Of a stretch of DNA of 64,000 nucleotides, positions 1-10,661 are shown piece by piece (position 1 is the stretch's first letter; each line of letters begins with the position of its first letter). The DNA is from Candidatus Kapaibacterium sp. (GTDB taxonomy: Bacteria > Bacteroidota > Ignavibacteria > Kapaibacteriales > UBA2268), in assembly GCA_032027125.1 (NCBI GenBank), contig JAVSMQ010000001.1:12819-76818 (forward strand). The letters run 5' to 3'. The notes beneath the pieces are model-generated. The model searched no databases, was not told where the DNA came from, and worked only from the letters and a program-made list of their open reading frames with translations. Position numbers and translations under genes: made by a program.

Positions 1-1080
1 AGCGAATTGAAGGATTACAAATCTGCTCTTGAAAATTATATCCTTTATGAAACATTAAAAGATTCTATATTTTCAGTATCCAATAACATTAAAATATCTA
101 ACCTCGAAATGCGCCGTGAAAATGAACTTAAAGATAAAGAAATAGTAATTCTCCAGACAGAAAAAAAAGCACAGCAGTTACAATCCTATTTGCTTGGTAG
201 CGGAGTTATAGTGCTCCTTGGTGCGTTTGGTATTGCCTATCTTAGATTCCGTGAAAAGAAGAAATTGAGTGATAAATTAGCAATTCAAAATGCAGAAATT
301 GAAACTCAAAAATCAATTGTTGATGAGAAAAACGAGCAGATTTATGATTCTATTCGTTACGCTTCGACTATCCAACATGCAATTCTTCCCTGGGACAGTA
401 CTCTCCAAAAAGCATTCAGAGATATATTTATTTTTTATAAACCTAAAGATATTGTATCCGGAGACAGTTACTGGTTTCAGGAAGTTGGCGGTATAAAGTT
501 TTTGGCTGTTATAGACTGCACAGGGCATGGTATTCCCGGCTCTATGTTGACTGTAATCGCCTCGTCGGTACTTGATGATGCAGTACTAAGCAAGAGGCTA
601 ACTGATACCGGTGAAATCCTGACCTATATGAATAACAAAGTAACTGAAGTACTCAATCAGCGTTTAAAAGAAAACGAAACCCGTGATGGTATGGAGATTG
701 CACTTATAGCTGTAAAAGACAATAAAATCCAATTCTCGGGGGCAGGTCGTCCACTATATTTGAAGAATGACACTTATGAAATCATCAAAACAGATAAGCG
801 TGGAATTGCCGGGCAAACCGAAAATGATGATTATCAATTCTCATCAGTTGAAATTGAAAAATCTGAAAATCTTTTTCTTTACCTCACAACGGACGGCTTT
901 GCAGACCAAATGAATGAAGAAAGTAGGAAATACAGCACAAAACGATTTTTACAATTACTTGAATCAATTTCCGTTAAAGAACTTTTAGAGCAAAAATTGA
1001 TTCTTGAAAATGAATTTTCTGACCATAAAGGTGACCGAAACCAAATTGATGACATAACTATTTTGGGAGTAAAGATATGA
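1..1080 (+). CDS. TM-anchored PP2C/SpoIIE-type serine phosphatase, 5'-truncated by window edge (paralog of next gene)
   Basis: The frame is open to base 1. A hydrophobic helix (LLGSGVIVLLGAFGIAYL) is followed by a SpoIIE-like core (YASTIQHAILPW, SGDSYWF, IDCTGHGIPGSMLT, TDGFADQ, DDITILG). It aligns end to end with the C-terminal half of 1077..3353. Confidence 0.8.
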   Translation, partial: SELKDYKSALENYILYETLKDSIFSVSNNIKISNLEMRRENELKDKEIVILQTEKKAQQLQSYLLGSGVIVLLGAFGIAYLRFREKKKLSDKLAIQNAEIETQKSIVDEKNEQIYDSIRYASTIQHAILPWDSTLQKAFRDIFIFYKPKDIVSGDSYWFQEVGGIKFLAVIDCTGHGIPGSMLTVIASSVLDDAVLSKRLTDTGEILTYMNNKVTEVLNQRLKENETRDGMEIALIAVKDNKIQFSGAGRPLYLKNDTYEIIKTDKRGIAGQTENDDYQFSSVEIEKSENLFLYLTTDGFADQMNEESRKYSTKRFLQLLESISVKELLEQKLILENEFSDHKGDRNQIDDITILGVKI

Positions 1081-3353
1081 GTAAGTTTGTAATTCTTAGT
1101 GCCTTAATCTTCATAATCACCATAAATTCCGCCGTTTCTCAGTTACGTGGAAAGGAAAAGATTGATTCTTTGCTGATAGAGCTGCAAAAGTCAAAGGAAG
1201 ATACAAATAAAGTTAATCTTTTGATTTCTATATCCTATGATTATAGCAAGTTTAATGTTGATGAGGGATTAAAATTCGGACAAGAATCTCTTGATTTATC
1301 TCAAAAATTAAAATGGAAAAAAGGTGAAGCCCGGGCATATAATATACTTGGTATAATCGCAAGAACAAAGGATGATAGTAAAATGGCAATGGAGTATTAT
1401 CAAAAGGCATTAGATATAAATGAATCTTTAGATAATAAACAAGGTGTAGCCCGTAATCTTGGCAACATCGGTCAGATATGCATTGACAAGTCTGATTTCC
1501 CTAAAGCAGTGGAGTATTTAGAGAAAGCCTTAAAAATCGAAAGGGAATTAGATAACAAATCAGGCATTGCAGGCAATATTACAAATATTGGCAGCATCTA
1601 TTTTCAACAAAGTAATTATTCTGAAGCTTTAAAATGCTTTTTAGATGCGTTAAAAAATTATGAGGAAATTGGAAATAAACATGGCACTGCAAGTAATTTG
1701 TTAAATATCGGCAACATTTATGTACTACAAAAACAGTACCATAAAGCATTGGATTATTATCTTAAATCATTGAAAATATGTAAAGAATTAAATTTGAATG
1801 ATGGAATTGCAAATAATCTTGCTAATATCGGTATGATTTATTATGAGCAAAATGATATTCAAAAAGCTTTGGATTATTATTTAGAAGCATTAAAAATTAA
1901 TTACCAAATGGGTAGTAAAAGCGGTATAGCCAATAATCTTATCAATATCGGTAATTTATATATTAAAATAGGTGATGTTAATAAATCTATGAATTATCTT
2001 AATAGAGGACTTGTCGTTAATGAAGAAATAAGTGATACCAGACAAATTATCTATAATTTATATGCAATTTCAGATAATTATTTAAAACAAGCAGAACAAC
2101 TGGATTCACTTAGAATTTTAGGTAACAAAAATATCAAATTCAGTGAAAATAAATTGAATCTTCATTATGAAGCAGCTTTAAAATATTCTTTAAGGGCAGC
2201 CGAGATGGCTGATAGTATCGGTCTCGGTGAATTACAGCATCCTATATACCAAAATGTAGCCAAATCTTACGAAGGGCTTAAAAGATATGCTGAAGCTCTA
2301 AAATATTATAAAAAATATCAGGATAGTTGGAAATCAGTTTTTTCGAATGAAAAAAACAAAGCCATTTCTGAAATAACAGAAAGTTTTGAAAGAGACAAGA
2401 AAATCGAACAATATAAAATCAGGGAGAAAAGAAGAGAAGAAAAGGAAATGATGAGAACATACCTCTTTTTAGCCGGTTTTTTACTGTTATCAATAATTTT
2501 TATATTCTCCTTTATACGTTTTCGTGAAAATAAAAAAATGAACGCCAAATTAACTACTAAAAATCATGAAATTGAGCTGCAGAAATTTCTTGTTGAAGAA
2601 AAAAACGAACAGATATATGCATCTTTGAGGTATGCGTCAACTATTCAACATGCAATCATGCCATGGGAAAGTACACTCAAAGAAGCATTCAAGGACTATT
2701 TTTTAATTTTCATGCCAAAGGATATTGTCTCAGGTGATTGTTTTTGGTATGAGAAGGTCGGTGATATCCAATTCCTTGCAGTAATTGACTGTACAGGACA
2801 CGGCATACCCGGCTCCATGCTAACAGTAATTGCATCGTCCGTACTTGATGATGCTGTTTTGAGTAAAAAATTGACTGATACAGGCGAAATCCTGACTTAT
2901 ATCAATACAAAAGTTACTGAAGTTTTGAATCAAAAACAAATTGATAATAATATTCGGGACGGTATGGAATTGATATTAATTGCAATTTATAAGGACCATA
3001 TTCAATTCTCAGGTGCAGGAAGACCACTAATCGTTAAGAATGGAACTTTACAAACATTTAAGACAGACCGCAGAAGTATTGCCGGAAATACCGATTCCAT
3101 AGATTTTCATTATAGTTCGAATGAAATTGCAAAAAGTGAGGATATGATAATTTATTTAACAACTGACGGTTTTGCTGACCAGATGAATGTTAGAAGTAAA
3201 AAATACGGTTCAAAACGTTTTATTACTTTGTTAGAAACTCTTTCTGATAAACCGTTTACAGAACAGCAGCAATTATTAGAGAAAGAACTGTCGGAACATA
3301 AAGGATTTAATAATCAAATTGATGATATAACGATAATAGGCATAAAAGTTTGA
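1077..3353 (+). CDS. signal peptide + TPR repeats + TM helix + C-terminal PP2C/SpoIIE-type phosphatase
   Basis: The N-terminal signal-like segment is MSKFVILSALIFIITINSAVSQ. There are about 8 TPR-like 40-aa repeats (..A..Y..AL.I...L.NK.G.A.NL.NIG.IY..). A TM helix (YLFLAGFLLLSIIFIFSFI) is followed by SpoIIE motifs (SGDCFWY, IDCTGHGIPGSMLT, TDGFADQ). An ATGA overlap joins it to the upstream paralog. Confidence 0.85.
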   Translation: MSKFVILSALIFIITINSAVSQLRGKEKIDSLLIELQKSKEDTNKVNLLISISYDYSKFNVDEGLKFGQESLDLSQKLKWKKGEARAYNILGIIARTKDDSKMAMEYYQKALDINESLDNKQGVARNLGNIGQICIDKSDFPKAVEYLEKALKIERELDNKSGIAGNITNIGSIYFQQSNYSEALKCFLDALKNYEEIGNKHGTASNLLNIGNIYVLQKQYHKALDYYLKSLKICKELNLNDGIANNLANIGMIYYEQNDIQKALDYYLEALKINYQMGSKSGIANNLINIGNLYIKIGDVNKSMNYLNRGLVVNEEISDTRQIIYNLYAISDNYLKQAEQLDSLRILGNKNIKFSENKLNLHYEAALKYSLRAAEMADSIGLGELQHPIYQNVAKSYEGLKRYAEALKYYKKYQDSWKSVFSNEKNKAISEITESFERDKKIEQYKIREKRREEKEMMRTYLFLAGFLLLSIIFIFSFIRFRENKKMNAKLTTKNHEIELQKFLVEEKNEQIYASLRYASTIQHAIMPWESTLKEAFKDYFLIFMPKDIVSGDCFWYEKVGDIQFLAVIDCTGHGIPGSMLTVIASSVLDDAVLSKKLTDTGEILTYINTKVTEVLNQKQIDNNIRDGMELILIAIYKDHIQFSGAGRPLIVKNGTLQTFKTDRRSIAGNTDSIDFHYSSNEIAKSEDMIIYLTTDGFADQMNVRSKKYGSKRFITLLETLSDKPFTEQQQLLEKELSEHKGFNNQIDDITIIGIKV

Positions 3354-3393
3354 TAATATAACATCAAATGTAATATCACTTAATTTGAAAAAA

Positions 3394-4221
3394 TCATTTC
3401 TGTCCGGTAAGGTACTTAATTGACTCAACAACAGAATATGGTACGTAAAAATTGCCTATATTAAAAGCATCAAATTCACGTGAACCGTGAAAATCAGAAC
3501 CGCCTGTCTCTAACAGCCAATACTGGCTTGCAACATAGTGGTAAAATTTTCTCTGCTCTTCTGAATGGCTTGGATGATTAACTTCTATTCCATCAAGACC
3601 GGATTGAATGAACTTATAAAGCGTGGGCTGGTCAATATAATTTCTGGGATGAGCAAGTACTGCAACACCTTTGGCTTTGTTTATCATTTTTATAGCCATT
3701 TCAACAGGAAAAACAGATTTCGGATAATACGCCGGACATCCCTCACCAAGATATTTCATAAAAGACTCCCTCAGGTCTTTAACATATCCTTTTTTAACAA
3801 GGACTGAACCAATGTGGGGTCTTGCAACAGGTGCTTTATCAGCAGCTTCAAGAATTTCATCAAATGATATATCAACACCCAATATCTTAAGTTTTTTATG
3901 AATTTGTTTCGCACGTGTTAGTCTGGCAATACGATAATTATCAAGATGAATTCCTAAATTTTTATCTGTCGGGTCAAAGGCATAACCAAGTAAATGATAC
4001 TCTTTTCCATTTTCGTAACATGAAAATTCACAGCCCATAATCACTTCGATATCATATTCCGAACAAATTGAAGCCGCTTCAATATTACCGTCTAAAGTAT
4101 CATGGTCAACAATACTTATAACAGATAATCCCTTTTCCCTTGCTAAATTCAGCAATTCAAAAGGTTTTAAAATACCGTCCGAATAAGTTGTATGAGTATG
4201 TAAATCTGCTTTTAGTTCCAT
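3394..4221 (-). CDS. PHP-domain metal-dependent phosphoesterase (TrpH/YciV-like)
   Basis: The N-terminal motif ADLHTHTTYSDG is present, followed by VDHDT and a later GGSDFHG. These are the typical PHP histidine/aspartate ligands. Confidence 0.8.
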   Translation of the reverse strand: MELKADLHTHTTYSDGILKPFELLNLAREKGLSVISIVDHDTLDGNIEAASICSEYDIEVIMGCEFSCYENGKEYHLLGYAFDPTDKNLGIHLDNYRIARLTRAKQIHKKLKILGVDISFDEILEAADKAPVARPHIGSVLVKKGYVKDLRESFMKYLGEGCPAYYPKSVFPVEMAIKMINKAKGVAVLAHPRNYIDQPTLYKFIQSGLDGIEVNHPSHSEEQRKFYHYVASQYWLLETGGSDFHGSREFDAFNIGNFYVPYSVVESIKYLTGQK

Positions 4222-4290
4222 TTCACCAAAATATTTGAAATATTAATTAAGTCTGTTTTCCAGAAAGGTATGGGATTATTTATCTGTGAG

Positions 4291-5988
4291 TTAAGCATAA
4301 ATACCTTTTAAAACAGAGACAATATCTGTAAAATCAACAAGTTGGCGAATCCCATCCTTTCTTGATTTAATTTCAACTTTTCCATTTACCAGATTTTTGT
4401 TGCCGACAATAATCTGAATTGGAATACCAATCAAATCAGCATCATTGAATTTTATTCCGGGCGATTCATTCCTGTCATCATATAACAATTCGTACCCGGC
4501 TTCTGATAAATCTAAGTATATTTTTTCAGCAATTTGCTTAACTTCAGGAAATTTCGATTCATTCAGACCAAGTATATGTGCATGAAACGGAGAAAGTGGT
4601 CCTTCCCATATTATTCCTGAACTATCGTTATGCTGTTCGATATAACATGCTAAAACACGTTCTGCGCCAATTCCATAACTTCCCATAATTATAGGATGTT
4701 CGTTACTTTCAGAATCAATAAAGTTCGCTCCCAGAGCTTCTGAATATTTGGTTCCCAATTTAAATATATGTCCTAATTCAATTGCTTTCACAACTCTGAT
4801 GGGAGAACCATTGATTATACATGGCTCACCCGCCTGAACTGTTCGTAAATCCTGATATTCCGGTATTGTGCAGTCGCGTGTAAAATCAATGTTCTTATAA
4901 TGATAGCCGTTCTGATTTGCTCCGCTGATTAAACCGTTTGCATCTTTGAGTAAACTATCTGCAATTATTCTGACTTTGGTTTTTAGGTTAATCGGACCAA
5001 TCGAACCGTGATCAGCTCCCGAATACTTAATTAATTCATCTGTTACAGCAGGTCTTATATTGGCAGTACCCAAAATGCTCTGCAATTTTGTTTCATTGAG
5101 TTCATCATTCCCCCTCATAAATAGAAGAACAGGCTCGTCGTCAGCAATATAAAGAACAGATTTGGCACATCTTTCTTCGGGAAATCCATATTGGTTTATA
5201 AGGTCATTAATTGTCTTAGCCGAAGGTGTCGGGAACAATTCAAGAGGCAAATTATCATTTATCCTGCCAACCGGAGGTATTCCGGATACTGCAACTTCAA
5301 TATTTGCTGCATAACCTGAATCAGCAACAGCACAAGTATCTTCACCGCTGTCAGATTCTACCATAAACTCCTGCGACTGTCTTCCGCCCATGGCACCGCT
5401 CGAAGCTCCTACAACAAAAAATTGAATCCCGCATCTGTCGAAAATCGCTTTATAAGCTTTAGCATGTTTATTATAACTTTCATCCAATCCTTCAAATGTA
5501 GTATCGAGCGAGTAAGCATCTTTCATAATGAATTGTCTTCCTCGTAATATACCTGATTTGGGACGCGGTTCATTACGGAATTTTGTCTGAATCTGATACC
5601 AAATCTGAGGCATATCCCTATATGATTTAATATGCTGGCGGGCATGAACTGTGATTATTTCTTCGTGAGTCGGAGCAAGTACCAGACCCTCACGGTTTTT
5701 TATATGGAACATCACATCGCCCATTGATTCAACTCTGCCGGTTTGTTCCCATATCTCAATCGGATTTAGAGCAGGCAGCAGAAACTCCTGCCCTCCTATG
5801 CGGTTCATTTCTTCACGGATTATACCGATTACTTTATTTAACACTTTAAAACCAAGCGGCAGAAATGAAAATATTCCGGAAGCCAGCTGTCTGACCATAC
5901 CGGCTCTTAATAATAACTGATGCGAAGGAATCTGTGCATCAGCCGGGATTTCCTTCAGCGTAGGTATAAAGTACTCTGATTGTCTCAT
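4291..5988 (-). CDS. proS: proline--tRNA ligase (bacterial type with editing insertion)
   Basis: MRQSEYFIPTLKEIPADAQIPSHQLLLRAGMVRQLASG aligns with the N-terminus of bacterial ProRS. Class II motifs are present (FRNEPRPKSGILRGRQF, GSYGIG). The start was chosen at the ATG at 5988, not the upstream ATG at 6003. Confidence 0.93.
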   Translation of the reverse strand: MRQSEYFIPTLKEIPADAQIPSHQLLLRAGMVRQLASGIFSFLPLGFKVLNKVIGIIREEMNRIGGQEFLLPALNPIEIWEQTGRVESMGDVMFHIKNREGLVLAPTHEEIITVHARQHIKSYRDMPQIWYQIQTKFRNEPRPKSGILRGRQFIMKDAYSLDTTFEGLDESYNKHAKAYKAIFDRCGIQFFVVGASSGAMGGRQSQEFMVESDSGEDTCAVADSGYAANIEVAVSGIPPVGRINDNLPLELFPTPSAKTINDLINQYGFPEERCAKSVLYIADDEPVLLFMRGNDELNETKLQSILGTANIRPAVTDELIKYSGADHGSIGPINLKTKVRIIADSLLKDANGLISGANQNGYHYKNIDFTRDCTIPEYQDLRTVQAGEPCIINGSPIRVVKAIELGHIFKLGTKYSEALGANFIDSESNEHPIIMGSYGIGAERVLACYIEQHNDSSGIIWEGPLSPFHAHILGLNESKFPEVKQIAEKIYLDLSEAGYELLYDDRNESPGIKFNDADLIGIPIQIIVGNKNLVNGKVEIKSRKDGIRQLVDFTDIVSVLKGIYA

Positions 5989-6165
5989 TATTATAAAGTC
6001 CAAAAATTAATTTTAGATTTACTAAAAAATTAAACTACAAAGTTAACAAAATATGTCAATATAGTTGTAATTTTTTTTGCAAAAATAAGTGAAAAATATT
6101 CTATTCTTTTAATTTTATTTTGCATTTTTGCTATTTATTAATGTTAAACAAATAGAAATCATACA

Positions 6166-6582
6166 ATGAAAAGTTTTAGAAAAGAGTTATGGTTCAATAC
6201 CTCAACACGAAGAGCCTTTATAAATATTACTTCGGAAGTTGAAAAATGTCTTCGGGAGAGCAATATTAATGAAGGTTTTGTTCTTGTAAATGCCATGCAT
6301 ATAACTTCAAGTGTATTTATTAATGATGACGAAAGCGGTCTTCATAATGATTTTGAAATCTGGCTTGAAAAACTTGCTCCGGAGAATCCACATTCTCAGT
6401 ACAGACATAATGGATATGAAGACAATGCCGATGCACACCTTAAACGGCAAATAATGGGTCGAGAAGTAGTGGTTGCTGTAACTGAAGGCAGACTTGACTT
6501 TGGTCCCTGGGAACAAATTTTCTATGGTGAATTTGACGGTAAAAGGCAAAAAAGGGTATTAGTGAAAATAATCGGTGAATAA
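6166..6582 (+). CDS. yjbQ: YjbQ/UPF0047 family protein (secondary thiamine-phosphate synthase-like)
   Basis: The size is 138 aa. Motifs are [33 protein letters not shown] and [16 protein letters not shown], which are characteristic of YjbQ. Confidence 0.8.
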   Translation: MKSFRKELWFNTSTRRAFINITSEVEKCLRESNINEGFVLVNAMHITSSVFINDDESGLHNDFEIWLEKLAPENPHSQYRHNGYEDNADAHLKRQIMGREVVVAVTEGRLDFGPWEQIFYGEFDGKRQKRVLVKIIGE

Positions 6583-6839
6583 TTTAATTTGAATTCAAAC
6601 CTGAGTTTTATATTAGTTTGTCATTTATTCTTGAATTGAAGTGTTAATCAAATCAAGTAACTTGTTGTAATTATTGATATTAAGGGAGAAATTAGTCATT
6701 CGGTTAATAATTTTAAAACATTATATTTATGATATTAATTCATGCTAAATATTTTTTGTGAATCAAAATATTTCACTTTAATAAATGATTATGAAATTAT
6801 TAAGTTGATATAGTCAGGTGATAATAGACAAATTTTCCT

Positions 6840-6847
6840 TATTTTTG
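6840..6847 (+). promoter_or_regulatory. candidate Bacteroidota-type -7 promoter element TATTTTTG upstream of uvrA
   Basis: The sequence matches TAnnTTTG exactly, 41 nt upstream of the ATG at 6888. No clear -33 TTTG was seen. Confidence 0.25.
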
Positions 6848-6887
6848 TTAGTTTATGTTGTTGATTGATTTTAAAATACACCCGATT

Positions 6888-9839
6888 ATGAATTCAGTAA
6901 GAAAAATAGATTTTGATGAAAGTAAAGCCGGCGATTATGAGAACGAACTCAGTGAGATTACAATTACAGGTGCCCGTGAACATAATCTGAAAAATGTTGA
7001 TTTAAAAATTCCAAGAGATAAATTTATAGTCATTACGGGACTGTCCGGTTCAGGTAAATCTTCTTTGGCTTTCGATACTTTATATGCCGAGGGTCAGAGA
7101 AGGTACGTAGAATGTCTGTCTCCTTATGCAAAGCAATTTCTCGGTATGATGAAAAAGCCGGATGTAGATACTATTGAGGGTCTCTCCCCTGCTATTTCGA
7201 TTGAGCAGAAATCAATCAGCCATAATCCACGTTCGACTGTAGGCACAACTACTGAAATATATGATTATGTCCGTCTGCTTTATGCCAAAACCGGCATTCA
7301 ATTTTGTGTAGATTGCGATTTACCTGTTGTTAAAAAAACACTTGACCAGATTATATCAGAAATCAAGATAAAATATCATGGTAATGATGTTTTGATTCTT
7401 GCACCTCTGGTTAAAGCAAGGAAAGGTCATTATCGTGAATTATTCGACAGTTTATTGAAACAAGGTTTTACAAGAGTTAGAATTGACAATCAAATCCGGT
7501 TAATTGAACCGAATATGAAACTTGAACGTTATGCAATTCATGATATTGAACTGGTAATTGATAAAATTACGCCTTCCGACGCATCAGAACATCGTTTGTA
7601 CGAGTCAGTCCAGCTTGCGTTGACCAGAGCAGACGGTATCGTAATGATACAACCATGGGAAACCGAAAAAGCAAATCAACACGCTGAACTGTATTCTACT
7701 CTTAATAGTTGCCCCCGTTGCGGCAAATCTTATGAACAGTCCGCTCCCAATATGTTCTCATTTAATAGTCCCTATGGTGCCTGTAAGCGTTGTGAAGGAT
7801 TAGGAATTGTTAATGAATTTGATGTGTCACTTGTTATACCTGACGACAATTTAAGCATATTTAACGGTGCTATTGCTCCACTCGGTAAGGAAAGCTCAAC
7901 ATGGCTTTGGGCTCAGATAAAATTGTTTGCAGAAAAGTTTAATATTGATTTGAAAGCACCCTTTAAAAACATTTCAGAAGAGAATAAAAATTTTCTACTA
8001 TTTGGATTAGAAGATGATACTATTGAACAATCCTATAAGTTCGGACAAAAAGATGAACTGACATACAGACATAAATTCATCGGAATAATCAGTAATTTAA
8101 AACATTTACTCGAAAATCCGGCTTCAAGTACTCAAAAAAGAATTCTCGAAAATTTTTTAAAAGAAAGCTTATGTCCCGAATGTCATGGTGGCAGATTAAG
8201 GAAGGAATCTCTTGCTGTAAAACTTTACGGTTACAATATAATGCAGCTTTGCCGGCTTGACATACCTGAAATGGTTGATGCATGTAAGGAAATTGAAAAA
8301 AAACTTTCCGAAAGAGAAAGTAAAATTGCTCATCTGGTATTTAAGGAAATAATTACACGTTTAAATTTTTTAATTGAAGTCGGCTTGTCTTATCTCTCGC
8401 TTGACAGAAGTGTAAGGACACTTTCCGGTGGTGAGTCCCAGAGAATCAGACTGGCTTCGCAAATCGGTTCGCAGCTTGTTGGCATCATGTATGTACTCGA
8501 TGAGCCAAGTATCGGACTTCATCAGCATGACAACAACAAGCTAATTGAATCATTAAAGAAACTTCGTGATATAGGCAATACTGTCATTGTTGTCGAACAT
8601 GACAAAGCAATGATTGAACAAGCAGATTATTTAGTTGATATTGGTCCCGGAGCAGGTATCCACGGCGGTGAAATTATACTTACAGGCAATCCTCATGAAC
8701 TGCTTGATAATTGGACAAAACATTTAGGTTATAAAAATTCTCTTACTGCTCAATATCTTACAGGCGACCGAAACATTATTTTTCCTGAAAAACGAAGGGA
8801 AGGCAACGGCAGTTTCATTGAACTAAAGGGTGCTTTAGGAAATAATTTGAAAAATGTGAATTTAAAACTTCCGCTTAATACTTTTACCTGCATTACTGGA
8901 ATGAGCGGTTCCGGTAAAAGCACCTTAATAAATGATACTCTCTACCCTGTTTTGTCTAATTATTTCAATAAAAATTCAAACGCTGTCCCGCTGAAACATG
9001 AATCAATCGCCGGATTGGAAAATATTGACAAAGTAATTGAAATTGACCAGGCACCTATCGGGAGAACACCACGCTCAAATCCCGCAACTTATACAGGTAT
9101 TTTTACTTTAATAAGAGATTTTTATGCAATGCTTCCGGAATCGAAAGTCCGCGGATATAAGTCCGGCAGATTTTCATTCAATGTGCATGGAGGCAGGTGT
9201 GAAGAATGTCAGGGTGCCGGAATTAAAAAGATTGAAATGAATTTTCTTCCTGATGTTTATGTGACCTGTGATGTTTGTGATGGAAAGAGGTACAACAGCG
9301 AAACCACTGCGGTTCTGTTCAAAAGTAAATCAATTGCCGATGTGCTGGATATGACTGTCGAAGAAGCTAATATATTTTTTAAGGATATTCCCAAAATTAA
9401 CAAAAAATTGGTCACACTCTTTGAAGTCGGTCTGGGATACATAAAACTTGGTCAGCAGGCACCAACACTTTCAGGAGGCGAAGCCCAAAGAGTCAAACTT
9501 GCAACCGAACTATCAAAAATAGGTACCGGCAAGACACTTTATCTATTGGATGAACCTACTACAGGTCTTCATTTCGAAGATGTAAATGTTTTATTGAAGC
9601 TGTTGGACAAATTAGTTGTCAAGGGCAATACTGTAGTCGTTATCGAACACAATCTTGATGTTATAAAATGTGCCGATTATGTGATTGATTTGGGTCCCGA
9701 AGGCGGCAAGAACGGAGGTTATATCATATCAGAAGGTACACCTGAAAAAATAGCCCGTTCAACAAAAAGTCTTACCGGAAAATATCTGAAAATTGAATTA
9801 CAGAAGCAAAAAAAACTTAAATTGAAAAATAAATCGTGA
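6888..9839 (+). CDS. uvrA: excinuclease ABC subunit A
   Basis: ITGAREHNLKNVDLKIPRDKFIVITGLSGSGKSSLAFDTLYAEGQRRYVE is present. A second ABC module carries GMSGSGKSTL, zinc-finger cysteines are present, and LSGGE signatures occur twice. An alternative upstream ATG lies at 6855. Confidence 0.95.
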   Translation: MNSVRKIDFDESKAGDYENELSEITITGAREHNLKNVDLKIPRDKFIVITGLSGSGKSSLAFDTLYAEGQRRYVECLSPYAKQFLGMMKKPDVDTIEGLSPAISIEQKSISHNPRSTVGTTTEIYDYVRLLYAKTGIQFCVDCDLPVVKKTLDQIISEIKIKYHGNDVLILAPLVKARKGHYRELFDSLLKQGFTRVRIDNQIRLIEPNMKLERYAIHDIELVIDKITPSDASEHRLYESVQLALTRADGIVMIQPWETEKANQHAELYSTLNSCPRCGKSYEQSAPNMFSFNSPYGACKRCEGLGIVNEFDVSLVIPDDNLSIFNGAIAPLGKESSTWLWAQIKLFAEKFNIDLKAPFKNISEENKNFLLFGLEDDTIEQSYKFGQKDELTYRHKFIGIISNLKHLLENPASSTQKRILENFLKESLCPECHGGRLRKESLAVKLYGYNIMQLCRLDIPEMVDACKEIEKKLSERESKIAHLVFKEIITRLNFLIEVGLSYLSLDRSVRTLSGGESQRIRLASQIGSQLVGIMYVLDEPSIGLHQHDNNKLIESLKKLRDIGNTVIVVEHDKAMIEQADYLVDIGPGAGIHGGEIILTGNPHELLDNWTKHLGYKNSLTAQYLTGDRNIIFPEKRREGNGSFIELKGALGNNLKNVNLKLPLNTFTCITGMSGSGKSTLINDTLYPVLSNYFNKNSNAVPLKHESIAGLENIDKVIEIDQAPIGRTPRSNPATYTGIFTLIRDFYAMLPESKVRGYKSGRFSFNVHGGRCEECQGAGIKKIEMNFLPDVYVTCDVCDGKRYNSETTAVLFKSKSIADVLDMTVEEANIFFKDIPKINKKLVTLFEVGLGYIKLGQQAPTLSGGEAQRVKLATELSKIGTGKTLYLLDEPTTGLHFEDVNVLLKLLDKLVVKGNTVVVIEHNLDVIKCADYVIDLGPEGGKNGGYIISEGTPEKIARSTKSLTGKYLKIELQKQKKLKLKNKS

Positions 9840-9929
9840 TTATTTTAATTATTTTTCACTTATTGAAAAATATAATTATGTTCATTCGTTAAATACATAT
9901 TGTTAAATTGTAAAATTTTGGTTTTAGAA

Positions 9930-10556
9930 ATGAAAAAATATTTGTTACTTACATTTGCTGCTTTCGCTATGATTTCCTGCTCAGGCAAAGAAGAAAAGAC
10001 ACAACCTGAAGTTGACCCAATGGGTGAAATGCCTGCCGGGCACCCTCCAATGACAGGTATGGATGCACTGTCTGAATTGTCTGAGGATTTACCTCCTATT
10101 GACCCGTCAAATCCTGTACTTGAATTATCTAATATAACTCTTACATCTCCTGACAGTTGGGTACGTGAGAATCCAACCTCAGCTATGAGAGTTGTTCAAT
10201 ATAAATTAAAAAGTGATTCTAATACAAAAGTAGTAGGATTTTTCTTTGGTAAACAAGATATGCTGAGACAAAATATAGATAGATGGAAAGCTGAGTTTGT
10301 TGAACTTAAAGATGCTAAGGAAGAAAAACTTTCCGGTGGTAAGGTTACAATGGTCAAACTTGAAGGTATATATAACGTCAAACCGTTCCCAATGGCTGAA
10401 GAATTTACCCCTACACCTGATTACATGGTACTTGCAGCGATTGTTGAGACAGACGATGGACCATATTATTTCAAAGTTTTCGCACCTGCGAAAATTTTAA
10501 ATGCAGAAATGAATAATTTTAAGAAATTTTTAAATTCTTATAAGATTAAATCATAA
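9930..10556 (+). CDS. hypothetical lipoprotein
   Basis: MKKYLLLTFAAFAMISCSG is a lipobox-type signal peptide. No recognisable domain was found. The start was moved to the ATG at 9930. Confidence 0.6.
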   Translation: MKKYLLLTFAAFAMISCSGKEEKTQPEVDPMGEMPAGHPPMTGMDALSELSEDLPPIDPSNPVLELSNITLTSPDSWVRENPTSAMRVVQYKLKSDSNTKVVGFFFGKQDMLRQNIDRWKAEFVELKDAKEEKLSGGKVTMVKLEGIYNVKPFPMAEEFTPTPDYMVLAAIVETDDGPYYFKVFAPAKILNAEMNNFKKFLNSYKIKS

Positions 10557-10595
10557 ATATTTTGTATATTTGTATTGTATAAAATTTGCATTTTT

Positions 10596-10661
10596 GGAGC
10601 GGGCACATTCTACCCTCCTACCCACTATTCCCTATCCTTGTGCCTGCTCCATCTTTTTTTT
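10596..10661 (+). terminator. hairpin with 12-bp GC-rich stem, large pyrimidine-rich loop and T-tract
   Basis: ggagcgggcaca (10596-10607) pairs with tgtgcctgctcc (10639-10650), with one G-U pair. The T-run atcttttttttat follows. It lies 40 nt downstream of the lipoprotein stop codon. Confidence 0.5.
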
